Assembly: GCA_964187785.1 (NCBI GenBank)
Contig: OZ076418.1
Coordinates: 34,596,001-34,660,000 of the forward strand
Direction of reading: 5' to 3'
Length of the DNA: 64,000 nucleotides
Source of the DNA: Amphiscolops sp. MND2022
Taxonomy: Eukaryota
Part shown: positions 40,367-54,924 of the stretch, piece by piece
How positions within the stretch are numbered: position 1 is the stretch's first letter
Layout of the letters: every line of letters begins with the position of its first letter
The notes under the pieces: generated by a model
Seen by the model: the letters and a program-made list of their open reading frames with translations, nothing else
Databases searched by the model: none
Told to the model about the DNA's origin: nothing
Position numbers and translations under genes: made by a program

Positions 40367-43300
40367 ATGAGCAAAAAACCTATGAAGCTATGAAACCTAA
40401 GAATAATGAACAACAATTTTTTAAAATGCCAAGATCTTATGAGACCTTGACATTTAAAAAAAAATCGTTGTTCATTATTTTAAGGTAATCTTAACGTTTT
40501 TCTTTTTTGTTTTCTAGCACGTATCACATACTCTACTATTCACTTTGGAAAGAATCAGATAAGCATTCGTCAATAATAAAGGTTTTTGGGCCAAAACCTT
40601 GATGTTCAACTGAAAATATGACGTTTTTCAACAAGAAGCTTGATTTTCATAGCACGCAGCAGAGATTCACAAAAGTCCCGGAGTTTCTTGGTGCTGCAGT
40701 TTTAGTGGATATGTTATTTTACGACGACTATATTTCGTCACAGTTTTTTTTCGAAGATTCGTCATATTGCGGTAATTCGACAACCTTACCATAGTTGATT
40801 TTATTGTCCGCCCCCACAGTTTATTGTGTGGGGGAGAAAAAATATACAATCTGTGTTGCGTTTTTTTCCAAATTCATTTTTACTGCATTTTATATTAAAT
40901 ATTGCATTTTACTAAGGAGGAGGCAGAGGTTCGAACACAAGCGCTCCCATTTGTCCCAGCACGCTATATCCAAACTTTTGACGTCATATTTGAATTAAAT
41001 GCATTTTACCAAAAAAGAGGTAAATTTTCGATTAAGTGTATTTTGTTAGCCAATTGAAGTCGGAAAATATCCCGGTGCATAGCGGGTGTCTTGTTTATTA
41101 TAGCTTCTTTCTCGTACAAAAGATCTTAATCAACACTTGAACAAAACGTTCATTCTGTAGTCGGCTGCTTTTGAATCCTATTCCACAGTCTCCGCCAAAT
41201 AGCGTTTCCAGCTAAAAGATACAGGTAAGCATTTTTACGAAACACCTGCACATCGGTTAAAAGCTCTAGAATCAATCTAAGACTTTTTCTCCAGCAACTG
41301 GTTGTCGTTATCAAAAAAGGAGAGAATAATTTGATTTACGAAAAATTTCGAATCGACTGACCGTCTGCTTTATTTCGTTCTCTTTGCAATTCCTATACTT
41401 GACTATTTACAGCTTTTGAGAAGGGTTTATGTTTTTTGCTCTTGCTATAGACCTATAGTTCTTGCTTGAGCAAACAGTAAATGTTGTCGAACAGTGAGTT
41501 ATGTTCATACGTAATGAAACTGCATGTATTAAGTGTTCTACTTTCCCCAAGCGATAACTCATGTTATAAAACTACCGATGCTTCATTTGTCTTCGAAACT
41601 GTTTTCGAAAATTCTGCTTCTGTTGATTGTTCACAGCAATGTGTCACAATGAACCTTCCGGTCTCAATTGTTGATTAAAAATCACAGGAGTTTTTTGGGA
41701 AAAAATATCTACAGCTTTGAAAGCTAGTTCCGGCACAAATGCAAATACAGCTCCAAGACGGCAATCAGGATTGAGCGTTTTGATGGCCTTCACCTTGACA
41801 AGGTCCAAGATAATTCGGATAAAGACCATTTTTATTTTTTTCAATATGTTATGTTGGGTGTATAGTAGCGAAAAAACTTTCGATGGAATTGTTTCTCACG
41901 GTCGATTAACATTCTTTCTGCCTACGAAAAACATGGAAACGGAATTACGAAACAACTTTTTGTTGTTCAGTTTTAATACTCAAATAAGACGCCCGCTGAA
42001 AATCGTACACTGTAATTTCAGGCTGAGCATTGAGAACGAGATGTGCTAGAAGCGATGTTCATCTTAGCTACTTGAAAAATTTAGCAGCTGACTGTCAAAT
42101 TGCATTCATACTGAAATCTTTGGAAAAGGTCGTCTAACCTATTGAAGTTGCGGACTGGGTGATATTTTTGGATGGGGTGCGCACGCAACTCATGCTGCCA
42201 CATAGGGACGTTCAGAGTTGCTCAGTGACATTCGCAGAGAAAGGTTAGCTCGAATGTACGAGTCACAACCGTTGCACAGAGAGCACGATGCGTTCACGAT
42301 GATACAAATGACAGGGTTCTTGTTTTTTAGGCAAGTTGTGTTCCTTGTTGGAGTTAACCTGGATGACCTGATAGCGGTGATTGACCAGACTTTCTGGTAT
42401 CATCGTAACTGCTCGCTAACCACTGAAACCGCCAAATGTCGCTGTTGCTGCAAAAAGCACGACTGTTCAACGTATCTGAGGCTCTTCGCTAGTCTAAGCT
42501 ACCTTTCGTCATTGTGGGACCCGAATCAGGCTTCAAAATGGATCCGTGCAGAGGGTGTATGACGAGGACAGTACCGCGTGCCTGCCTCCTGAGCTTATTC
42601 GCAGTACGTGAAAATGTGTGACGCTGCTCTTGCACTTGCATTCGTACAGTAGTGAGTTCGTTGAACAACACAGGAACAGGAACGTTTGTACGATAGAAGA
42701 AAACGCCCGGGATCAGAATCAAAAAGAGTTTCAAACAAGTCGAAGTTAGATGTCAGTTCAGATATATAGAAGTCGATTGATAAATGTCGAACTTCTTCCA
42801 CACTAAAAACTACAAAAAAACCTTTCAGAAAGTTTCCTCTCGGTGCTAATAGGAAACCTTTTCAGGGGCTATATTAAACATAAATTTATGTTTATATGAT
42901 AATGTAAATGGTTATATATAGCATATAATCTGCGAAATAAGGAAATTTATGAAAAATGCACCCTGATAAATTCAATTATTAAAATTTTTACAAAAAGGCA
43001 GCTGAACGAGCAACTCCATATTAAATTGAGACTCATAGTAAAGTGTTGCGAGTTTCATATTTTCCGCAGGAGAAAGCTTTCTTACTTCCACTTCTATGGT
43101 AGCGTGTATTTCTTCCATTTTGCTTGCCAGTGTGTATTGTGCTCACTGGTGTAGTTTTTTACCAGACTATTCAGTGTTCATTTTTAAACCCAAACCTTGT
43201 TCTTTTTTTTGCATCAGTTGTTGAAAGCAAATTCGAGCGGTTACTTTGAGAATGTTGACTTCGGAACATTTCTCTTGTGATGGGTGAGTCCAGGAAAAAA

Positions 43301-44412
43301 CAGTATTAGAAGCATCAGAGCGACGTGCCGTAGCATATCTGGACAATGACTTGTCAGATGGTTGTCCGACAGTTGCAACCGCACACTTACACGTGCCGGG
43401 GCTATAATTTGTGATCAGGTGACTTTCCAAGTGTAAGCAAAGATTTTAAACTGTTTTTATTTGCCCAAGTCGGCGCCATATCTAAGGATCAAAAATAGCA
43501 AAACGACTTCAAGGTGTCACGAAAACGTTATATCATAACTCTGAAAACGTTACATCCGAACTTTGAAATGTTATACCCGAACTTTGAAATAGGTTTGAAC
43601 AAATGAACAAAAAAGTGGACGATTCAGAGAGAACTGAAAAAAACTACCCACTGTAATAGTCGGGTACTTTTCTTAGGAAACGCGCCGACAAAAAGACCAA
43701 AATGGCAAGAACTTAAACTACGATCCAAGAACTTCAACATCATTGGGTTCGAGAAAACAATTCTTTTGAAAAAACTATTCATTGTTTTATCGCCGAACAT
43801 CAAAAGCCTTTCTTTGTCTTTTCCGCTGACATCCATTGTTGCAAAACATCAAAAAATTGGAAAGGGGACCCTTTGGTGAAAAAAAATTGAAAAAGGCTCA
43901 CAATGACGCAAAAAATGAAAGGGGGATCCTTTAGTCTCGCCCGGTATTGTATGTTACGCGGAAAAAAAACCTTTTTGGTTCCGTTCCCTGGACAAACGGG
44001 TACAATTTAAAATTTGGTAGAAATTTTGGTAGAACCATTTTGGTCAGTTCAGGTGTATTGAAGGAAACAACGCTGACGAAAAGCCATTACTATAGTCGAC
44101 TCTTTTCTTGAGAAAAGCGCCGACTAAAAAAGACACTTGTGGAATATGGCGTAAATGAGTTCATGAAGGTCGGAAAGTCATGCAATTCTAAACTACCATA
44201 TTTGACCGCTTTTATGTTATGTATTGTACCTGCCACAATGCTGACGTTTATTGTAGTATTACACGTAGACACAATCACATACGATCGACTACATTTCAGT
44301 ATTACATTCCTTAATTGCTTAGTTTTACTAATGATATTCAACGAGGCGCAGTCAGAATGAGTCAAGAGAACGAAATAAACTCAGCACAAACAACAAGCAG
44401 CAATTCCTCAAG

Positions 44413-47400
44413 TTGGGAATCAGGAGAAAAAAGGGAGGAACCACAACACACCAGAAGATAACATTGCCAATGTTCGAAAGAAAAACCATTCAAGAGGCAA
44501 AGTTATGGTGGAGACGATTCATACAAGACGTCAAGATGACGCACAAAATCGATTCAAACAGAATGACAACTGACAGAGAAATCATAGAAGAGCACAGAGA
44601 AGAACTGGAGATAAAAATATAAGATATTTTTATCTGGGTTCTAGGAGAAGAAGCAGTAACCGAAATGACGAAAACAGTGAGAGACAACTACCCGCACAAA
44701 ATGAAAACAAACCTGTTATATTCACTATTCCGCCTCCACTTCATCCCAGAAAGGAACAAGTTTCTTAGTCGGGCTGATTTTTTGGAAAAGTGCGAGAACC
44801 GAATGAAACAGCCGAAGACGTCTGGACTAGATTACTGCAGACAGAGAAAAAATGTGAATTCGACAACGTTACACCAGCCGAGCTTACCGCATCGAAGTGT
44901 TTATCAGTTTTTATCGGAAGATCAACCGGAGATTATGAATTGAAGAAAAAGATACGGAAGAGCAACATGACCATTGAAACAATCACCGATCTAATCCACG
45001 AATATATGTATGACCGGTTGAATGACTCAAACAACTCGAATGACGGAAGAAATGTGAAGCACGATACAAGAAAGGCCACAAAAGAGAAAATGGTCAGAAA
45101 TATCCGGATACGAAAGAGTTAAAAAACGACCGGAATACCAGAGACAAAAGCACAAAGACAACCGTTGCGGACAATGTGGAGCACCAAACTGGTCAAGACA
45201 ACTCGTGTGTCCAGCCAGAACGGTAGAATGCCGCAATTGAAGAAAGAAAGGGCATCATGAAAAAATGTGTAGACTCTCGAAAAAGATCCAATACGTCGTT
45301 AAAGCAACATCTTCGGGTGATGAAGGCAACTGGGACTACAACAAAATACAGAGTATTAACAAAAACAACAAGACGAAAGGAGATTTTTTCACGTAACGCT
45401 ATTGGTCAATTACGTACCAAAAAAGTTTGAAAAAGACAGCGGATCACTGTTACACTAATACATCAACACTGCTTCAATGAAATCTCAGATGTGAAAAAAT
45501 TAAACACCAATTACAAATATGTAAACGCTAACAAGATTGAGTTCCTGGGACAAACAAAAGCAACGGTAAAAACAAATTACACGACACTGCAACTACCACT
45601 ACTAAATGCCAAAGCCAATGCAACACCGTTGATGTGACTGGGTTGGATGAAACGGCTTGGAATAGCACTCCACACGTCAACGGACAGTATCAAAATACAA
45701 ATAATGAAACTGGACGACACTGAAGAGAAAATCCTAAAACTGAAGAACAAATTTATTTGTTTATTTCAAAAATGTTGAAGATAAAATTTCCAACAACACC
45801 GAAACACAACTTTGTCAGTGACAAAAAATCTGAAAAAAGACGCAAATATAAGACAACAGAAAAGCAGACCAAGACCGATACACCTAAAAGACCAAGTAGC
45901 CGATGAAATTAAGCAGCTATTAAAAAATCGTTACTTGGAAAGAGCAACCGAAATAATCGAAGGCTGCTTCGTGAGCCCTGCAGTCATCAGGGTAAAGAAA
46001 GACAAAACGTATAAAATTGCCATAGACTCAAGAAAATTAAACGAAGCAACAATAAAGAGGAAAGCCCAGATGCCAAACATGGAAGAACTAAAATCAAGAA
46101 TATCACCGAATACTACCGTTTTCTAAAGGGATTCTACGGACTGGCAGATATACCAACTGTCTTCCAATAACCGATCGACAAAACATTAGAATTCAAACAC
46201 CCCGCTTGGTTAGATGACATCAAAATATCATTACGATACACGTAGCGGTAAATTGGATTTCAGTCACGCAGCGTAATCTGTGTAATCCGTAAAATGGTCA
46301 TTCAGCGTAAGTTAGTCAAGACGGTCTATGCTTCAACGGTTTAGCTGTGTCAACTCGCGTAATGGAAAATAGTGTAAACTAGTCAAAGCACGTAGTTAGT
46401 GAAAAGTGGGAGTCCAAAAATACTCTTTTTCGTAATTCAGTAAAAACTTTGACTAACTTCCACTTTTTGCAAATTGCAGATCGCTATACTTGCAATAAGT
46501 GGAAGTTAGTCAAAGTTTTGACTAACTTACACCATGTTTATATGCATTCAAAACTCAGTGTTCATTTTAATTCTAATTCACACCACAGCATCGTAAACCA
46601 GTCAAAGTAAACAATGATTCAATAAATAATTAGTTATCATTACTAAGCTCTACCGTGCATAGTACGTATAAACTGCATTCAATGCAAGTTGCACACGTGA
46701 ACACGTGTTTAATCCACACATTTACGTGCAAATAAAATACCTTGTAGCTTCTAATTTGTACAATTATAACAATTGATTGATCTGTCAACAGGTTTCCTAT
46801 TTTAAGGAAACATAATTTCAAAGCAGCCCTCATTAATACTTGCCTAACTAGTTTTAATTTTGGTCCCTGTCGTGACACGGTCACTGGAAGGATTGGTCAA
46901 CTTGTTATTTTGGTCTGGGTATTTTGAGCCAGGGTATTGACAAGGATCTATTTTGATCCCTGTCGTGAGCAACATCAAGAAAAGTTGTAACAAATAGTCT
47001 ATACGAAGTTGAAACTTTATCAAACCGAAAACAGTAGTTTATGGAATACCGATCTTGAATTATTGAACTAAAAACGAAGTTTGGACCATGTGCCTAATCC
47101 TCCCTCAGATAAATACTGTTTCTTATCCATTAACACCCCCCCCCATCCAAGTCTTCCCAAACAATTGAAAGTAGGTCTCATAATGAAGGGGCGATTGCTT
47201 CATTGAACTTGGTAATTTTGGTCCCTGTCGTGAGCACTTCCATTAGTAGTCAGATTTAATTGTTTATGCGATTTGAAACTGTATATGCGAATCAAGCAGT
47301 GTAGTTATGAGTCGGCGTGTGTAACTCACCAGTAACAACCCGTAATTACCAGAACTATGTGTAAACATGAGATGCACAGTGTAGTTAGTCAAATTGCTTA

Positions 47401-50400
47401 AATTATTCAATTGGTGTAAACTAGTCAATTACTGTACTATCCAATGGTGTAAACTAGTCAACGTACGAAGCTGTGTCAACTAGCGTAACGTCCTATCAAT
47501 GCGCGCAAGTGTAAAACTTCCAAAAAAAATATTCGCGCTCTGATTGGACTAAAATCGAACTAGCAGGATCCTGCTAGTTCGTACCGGGATGGGTATCGTA
47601 ATGATGTCCAAAGGAACAATAGAAAAACATGAAGCGGAGGTAAAAGAAACCATGAAGAAATTGAAAACTGCCTGGTACAGATTACACCCAAAGCAATGTG
47701 ACTTTTTCAAAAAAAAGCTGATTGGGTGGGACACCGATAAGCTCAAAACGAGATCAGGCCATTACAAGACAAACTGGAAGTGACAACAAAGATAGACATA
47801 CCAAGGAACGAGAAAGAGCTGAAATTCTTCCTGTGAGCAATCCAATACCTACTGAAGTCTATAGAAAATGTCTCAGCGCAAACAGATATTCTCAGAAAAA
47901 TGCTTTAAAAACAAAACGAATGGAACCGGAGACAAGAACTCACGGAGGAGTTCAACAATCTGAAAAAACTGATGACACAACTCCCATGCCTAGCACACTA
48001 CAACTCACACAGCGAGAACATCCTAACTACAGACGCGAGTGTGAAGCGACTTGGAGCGACACTATGGCAGAAACAGAAAAACGGAAATTTAAAACCGATT
48101 GGATTTTTATTTAGATTTATAGAGTAGATTTTTGTCGGACACGGAGTAATACGCAATTAACAAACTGGAACTATTAGCCGTGGTATGAGGACTGGAACAT
48201 TTTTGCTTACACATTTACGGAAAGCCAATTGTTGAATTACTAGGCAACCATCAAGCACTGGAGCCATTAATTAAAAGGAACAGATCAACTGAAACGTAGA
48301 GTGCAAGATTAACAAAATGGTTAGACAGGCTAGCGCACTTTGATATAAAAATAAAGCACGTTGCTGGAAGACATCTAAATCTGACGGACTATCTAAGCAG
48401 AAATCCAATAGCAAAGCCAATGCTAATTGAAAATTACGACAAAGAATACGTAATTATTTTGCATAATAACCTTCCTCGAGTTCATTAACACTCACGGCAG
48501 AATCACCGATGAAAAGAAAGCGACGTCACGAACGAACGAAACAATAGCACAACAGACAACTAACCAATCACAAGCGGGAAGCGTGAACAAACAACCATTC
48601 AAAAACCGAACAACTGAACAAACACAAGTCATTCCAAACGTACCAGGCTAAAGTACCATGTGAATTAAATTCTGAAATTCAAAACCGCCAAAACAAAATG
48701 GATGGTAAAATGGTAGAAAGCATCGATAAGGACGACCCTCCCGACAAAACATTACAACTGACCACAAGATGGAAAGAAATTACAAAGCCAGGTGATTATC
48801 GATTCACAAAAGGACAGTGGCGAAAATACACCCCACCCAGAACACTGCGAGCAAAACAAAAATGAATTGAAGTGGAACTGTGGCAGAAACGAAATTAGAG
48901 AACAACGTCAGGGAAACCCAGGAGGAAGAAGACAGAAAAAGAGAGTTCCACAGAGTCATTGAGAAAATCAGGAACATGCTGAAAAGAGACGAAGCTGTAA
49001 CCAGTAACAGCAATACCCAACAACCGCCAGAGAGGGAACAAGAGCTGGAAACAACAGAGAGACGAGATTGAAACAATGTCTTCCGATTCTGACCAAACTA
49101 TCGCAGTACCGGCAATAAATTGTAAAAGGTATCTCGGAGCGACAAGTGTGATATACCTCCAGATGGGAACGGCAAGCAAGGTGCAATACCACGATCAATG
49201 GGACTTTGAAGACACTGTGAGACAGTTAGAACAGAAATTCTTTACCGATCAACGGACCATTGCAGAAGAGACCACCAATAACGAGAAGCTATTTAAAACA
49301 CTGCTATACTTGGAACGCAGAAACAAATACCGGACGAGTATAGAGATCACAAAAAACACCTATCAACGAGATTCATAGTCGTGTTCTACGACGATAAATG
49401 TGTAAAGCCCAAACCACTAAGACAAACAGTCATCATGCTATGACATAAAGGGCACCCAGCGATCAATAAGATGAACCACGCAGCCCCACCTTTCTGGTGG
49501 CCAAAATTCATCAAGGATATACAAGCCAAGTGCAACGAATGCAACTCTTGCAAAATGTCAGGTACGAGCATCAAGCCTCAGGTACCATTGACCGAAATTT
49601 ACTATCTACTATCTGTAGAGAGACCAAAGCGAAAAAATACAATTGGATTTCATGGAACCAATAAGATTTGAGCACCGGAGATTTTACATACTAGTATCGA
49701 TCGACCGGTATAGTTGATGACTGGCAGCATGCGTTTGCAAAGCCACCGCCAGTGAAGCAGCGAAAGGTTTTCTGGAACAAAATATATTACAAAACTCAAT
49801 CCCACAAACAATTAGAACAGATAAAGGGACAGGCTTTACTGGGAAAGATTTTAGACAAATAAGCAAAAGCTGGCATATAAAATTTTTATATGGGACCCCA
49901 TGTATTCATACAGCCACGGGGCTAGTGGAAAAGGGTATAAAAACCTTAAAGGATCTCATGAGAACAAATTTGGAGGACATTTTTATTCTAAATGAGGCAT
50001 TATAGCGTTCAATAATGGTAATGCGAACGACCGTCCATTCCAAACTAAAAGAAAAACCATTCGAACGACATTATGGTAGAAAACCACGAACGGAATCAAA
50101 TAGCGATCTAAACCTACCGACCGATGATTATAAACATATTTCAGCCCAACCGGAAACACTACCGGTCTACTCCTTCAACATTAGAAAAGAAAGCTATGAT
50201 CAACTGATCACGAAGATGCCAAGACGACTGTAATGCGATGTTAGTAACAATTTTCCGTATAAATTCTTTGGGAATAAACAAAACAAAAACAAATTCGAAT
50301 GCGAAAAACAAACAAAACCACAAATATCGCTGGAACAAAACATACGATAACCACGGACACAAATAAAATAATACACCGAAAACTAGTAAGTAAACCTTTA

Positions 50401-50913
50401 CCAAACTAATTTCAGAACAATCTATCTCGCCGGGGGAAAACAAGAGGGAATGGATGGAAGATTCATTCAGATGTCCCTACCCTCGTTAGACACAGAGGAA
50501 GACGAAGAACAGGGTTTTCAGTCAAAAACAGTGGACAGAAGAAAGAGAGCACGACGGCAAGACAGACATCGACTGAACAAATGGAAGCAAGCTTTGACTT
50601 CTTTCCACCGAAACCAATAGGACTGGGCAGACCATAACTAATCCGAACCCGCTCACCAAAACAGCCAGGTTCAAGCAATCTGAAGTTGCACGTAGACAGG
50701 ATGACGGAACAACAGCTAGAACAGGCCATAGAGACAATCGACGAAGACCCAACAACCATCACAATCGTCGATAATAACGGTAACGAAAGCCAATTACAAA
50801 CAGAAATAATTGAAACACCAAACACAAACGAAACAAGTATCAATAATAACCAAATTAGAAGATCTTCAACAATAAGATCCATTTATCCGAATGTCAGACT
50901 TGGAAACCGTTAA
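44413..50913 (+). pseudogene. pol: Disrupted gag-pol of element E
   Basis: Gag (AKLWWRRFIQ), knuckles CGQCGAPNW..C, RT SPAVIRVKKDKTYKIAIDSRKLN and HPAWLDDI, RNase H TDAS.KRLGA, integrase HKGHPAINKM..FWWP and GIPQTIRTDKGTGF. Confidence 0.9.
46227..47605. mobile_element. TIR-bounded non-coding insertion (~1.38 kb) splitting the RT LDD region of element E
   Basis: 13-bp inverted termini ATCATTACGATAC/GTATCGTAATGAT. The RT frame resumes after it. Perfect 26-bp palindrome at 47556-47581. Internal repeats GTGTAAACTAGTCAA x3 and CCCTGTCGTGA x3. Confidence 0.75.
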
Positions 50914-50959
50914 CACATTAACATTTACAGGGAACACCGTTGAGAAGATCAACGAGCAG

Positions 50960-51800
50960 ACAAACTGTAACGGCAAGCGCTAAGCGTTTGTATCGTTATA
51001 TTGGAGTGGAGGAACTGGTACCATGGATATGGTCCGGGACAAACCACCATGACATCAGCTCACTTTGTCCTCCTAAGGATAGCCGGTCCCGAGGAGGGGG
51101 AACCGTCTCAAAGGATACTCTCCGGCCTGTTCCAGTCTGTAACTGTTGAGAATAACGGGCATTATGCTTATTCTCTTCACAACCACCGTCTAGACAGCCT
51201 TTAAAAACAATGCCAAGGAAAAACAGTGTAAATTTCCATTTCCAGGGTGAAATTCCAGGGTGACATGGGAATAAGGTCTAAAATGGGGAATAAGGAAACT
51301 AGCGCTCGAGCCAGCTCAAACAAGTGAAAATACATGAAAACAGGCATGAATATGGCAAACCACACAGCTACAAGCTGGGGCGCAGGGACTCCAAGCACCA
51401 AAAAAAGATGATTAAGCGAAAAGATGCATTTTTCCGGTTCTTGCTACATTGGGTAGCATAACTCTGAAAATCGGTAATAACCGGGGTTAGCACCTCAAAA
51501 AGAGTCTATTTATCAGTTTTCTAAGCGCTTGGGCTTCTGCACTTCGTGTTCCCGTTCGGTCGTCTCCGCGGGCGGCTTGCTTCGTCATCTGAACAGCTTT
51601 TTGACAGGTACTTTGGACAACACATGCTCAGTTTGCCACGTCAGATTCGAACGAAGATTTGGTCGACTTCTGAAAACTCGCTGTACCACAGGCTTCCGTT
51701 ACAAACCACTCACAGAAGAAATGAACAACAGGCGGAAGAGAAGGAAGAGTGAAATTTTACCCCGATGATGCAGACATCACCGGAGTAATCGCGGTTCCGC
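50960..51800 (-). pseudogene. Antisense accessory-gene relic between integrase and the 3' LTR of element E
   Basis: Minus-strand CNGSLWYS (51680-51703) and DWNRPESI..GGQSELMSWWFVP (~51000-51138), homologous to 20669-21400 plus. Confidence 0.55.
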
Positions 51801-53128
51801 AGCCATTGGAATAGCCGCAACTTTGTGTTGACCCGATACAGCGAATCAACTTGCCAACACTGAAGCTACTGACTAGTTAAAAAACCCATGTAATCTACAA
51901 CTATTTATTCGTCTATTTATTGATTAGTCCGTTGTCAAAACAAGTTGTACAAGCCTTTAATTTATCTTTATTAAAGTGTACAATTTGCTCAAAAGGAGGG
52001 AGGGGTAATGTGGAATGTGGCATAAATGAGTTGAAGGTCAGAAAGTCATGCAATTCTAAATAATCATATATGACCGCTTTTATGTTATGTAATGTACCTG
52101 CCACAATGCTGACGTTTATTGTAGGTAGTATTATACATAGACACAATCACATACGATCGACCAAATTCAGTATTACATTCCCTACTTTCTTATCTTTACT
52201 ATATTCAACAACACTAATTAGTTGAAAGTGCTCAAACATTTAATATGTGTTTTGATTTTTTCATAAACTGCTTGGAAGTTCTTTCGGGTGGATAGTAGTG
52301 GATCGACTAGTGTAGATATCGAGTTTCAAGACGACCAACTTGTTTAAATTACATTTCGAAGTTTTTGACAAATGGACATGGGATATTCTTTTCACTGTGT
52401 ATTAGGAAAACCGTGCATTCAGGGGCAAAGCGTCGTGCCACTATCTGAACACAACACCAACACTTTTTCATCTCGGTTGACTTGGATCAGCGCGCATAAT
52501 GCTTGGCACACAGATATAGTCTGTCCGCAATTTTAGTTCTTGACTTCGTAGGGTGTGTTTTGTTTCCGAATATCAATTGTTCGATTCTTTATTGTTGAAC
52601 TCTAGACTGGTAACCAGCAGAGAACAGCGGACTACGCATCAGTGATCCTACATATCTTTTGTCTCGAGAAAGTATGAAATTTAAAACAATGACAAAATTC
52701 AGTAAATTCATGTAGATCCACATGAATTTACCGAATTTCGTCATTATTTTAAATTTCATACTTTCGATGCAGTATTCCAGCAAAACATGTTACAATGACT
52801 AAAATTCTTATTTAGTTTCTTCAACGTCTGCATCAACAAAATGAATCGAAACATCTATTTATTCTTTTGGCCAATGCGTGTTTCCGATCTTCAAAAAGTA
52901 AGGCAGATTTTAATTATTCTGATGAGAAATTCTAGTTTTATATGCACCTGCAACCACTTCCCTTTTACTGATCCAGTTATAATTTATTGATGGTCCCAGA
53001 TATTCCGAAAAAAACCATGCAATGGGATTTTAAAAAATTTTTAAAAGAATGTTTGTGGTCATAAAACGAAAAGTCAAAAAGTACTGAGGAAGCAATAAAT
53101 GCTGCAAATTTTCGTCCTGAACAACATT

Positions 53129-53346
53129 TGTGAGAGCTGTTAGACTCTCGAACTGATCTCAAACTTAATGAAAAAGATTGGTTGTTGACAAACAAATACA
53201 TGTATGCCAAGACAGAAAATACAGAACGCCATTGACCACATGGTCTTGACAGAGTTTAGTTAATTTAAGATTGTCAGCTCTTTCTTTTCTTCGTACGTCA
53301 GTGATTAACATAGCAGATCAGCATTTCCAGAAGTAACCCGTTAACA
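53129..53346 (+). mobile_element. Solo LTR (218 bp) related to the element B/C LTRs
   Basis: TGTGAGAG...TTAACA with 5-bp TSD ACATT. Shares TTGGTTGTTGACAAA and ATGGTCTTGA motifs with 25110-25333. Confidence 0.85.
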
Positions 53347-54705
53347 ACATTGAACAGCTTCAAACACCGAGAAGAAAACCAAAATGCTCAATCGCCATTC
53401 GTATGTTCTTTACTGAATTTTTACTGCCCAGACCTTTACTGATTTTTATCCTTCTAGAAAATAACTTTTCAAAGAGTAGTCATGATATACTATAGTAGTG
53501 GCTAAAAAGTGACATGTAAGCCTTCAAAAGCAAATATTTATACTTTTTTACAAGTTTTATAGAGTTTTATACATCTCAGCCGCCTCATTAAAACAACTGG
53601 CGTGAAAATTAAGTTTCGATTAATATTTTCAAAAGCTTGACAGTGATTTGCTCCATTTCAACCTTTTATCAATCAAATGTCATAAATGGATATTGCAGTT
53701 TCATGGGATTATACGGACACCCGAAATTACAATGGTTTTTTTACACATTTTTACCAATTTGTAACTTTGTACTTGATACCGAGCTCCATCCACAGAATTC
53801 AGCAACAAAAGAGAAGATTGGTAGCATAATTACTTAGAGTTGAAAAACGTGTTATAAAATTGCTAAAAAACGAATAAGTTCTTCTGTGAGTGTTATGAAA
53901 AATTCTCCGAATTTTCGTTGTTGAAAGGAATTGAGGGAAGAAAGTATCGATAGAAAACGGAGACTATAGTAGCGGCTTTTCAAAGCCAGATTTTGAAACT
54001 GACAGATTTTCAAAGTTTCTGGAAGATTTACTTTCATTTTCACTTTACGGACGGAATGTTTCTCATCTTGAAGTCGTCAAAGCAAGAGCAGTGTAAAATT
54101 TTTCGTATCCTGGGAGAAACGTCTCTAGGAAATGTTGAAACATCATCAGAGAAACAAACATTTTTTCACTCAATACAAATACAATGCTAAATACAACTGA
54201 AGTCACAGGTGGAAAGTTTAAAAGTCACTTTTTGGGACATAATTTGACAGAAATCTGATGAATTTCTGAGAAGCTCAGAATATTCTTGAAAAGCATCGTG
54301 CAATATCTCAAAACTAGCTGTCAGACATAAAACATCCCAAGAAAAGCTCTGTAGCCTTGATACTGTGCTTCAATTTTTACCCTGATTGTTGTCCGAAAAT
54401 GTTTTTCAATGAACATCCGTGAACAATTGTAACAGCATATGAACATTATATTCACAAACATTTTAAGCAGTTGCATTTTCTGCTCGTTTTGTGATATATA
54501 TCAACACAATCCTTCTTTGCCCCTTCTTCTTCCTCCTCTCAAGGAAATCCAACAGCGTTTTCCAACGTCATAGACTTTAATTGGACACCGTGTCTTCGTG
54601 GACATCAATCGCCAAACTTCTTGTCCAGAGCTGTCTTCCCTGCCATCCCGTCCGCTTCCAACTGCACGCAACACAACTTCAACATCTTCTCACATCAAAA
54701 TCCAA

Positions 54706-54922
54706 GTAAGTCAGTTGATCTTGAGTTTCCTTTTGTTCCAATATATATTTTGAATTGAAATTAATGCTTGATCAGAGCTCTCATTTCATTCACGTACTTC
54801 CTGTCCAAATAACACAAGTGTTCACAAGTGTTCAACGTAGTCTGCTTCCGGAAGACTTTCATACGCGGAATATTGGTTCATACAGGAAGTTCACCGCTAA
54901 CCTTCATTTTGTTTCTATTTAG
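54706..54922 (+). other. Predicted spliceosomal intron in the 5' UTR (217 nt)
   Basis: AA|GTAAGT donor, GCTAAC branch site (~54896), pyrimidine tract, TTTAG| acceptor 2 nt before the ATG at 54925. Confidence 0.7.
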
Positions 54923-54924
54923 AC

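Larger units (their letters stand above)
44138..52210 (+). mobile_element. Full-length degenerate Gypsy element E
   Basis: LTRs at 44138-44343 and 52009-52210 (~85-90% identical by eye). TSD ACACT. Mutated tRNA-Ser-type PBS (A)GGCGCAGTCAG. PPT AAAAGGAGGGAGGGG at 51991-52005. Confidence 0.92.

Noticed and set aside
42218-42801. Cys-rich ORFs on both strands as a real gene
   Set aside because: Short, with stops in the flanking frames and no motif I can recognise; cannot be supported.
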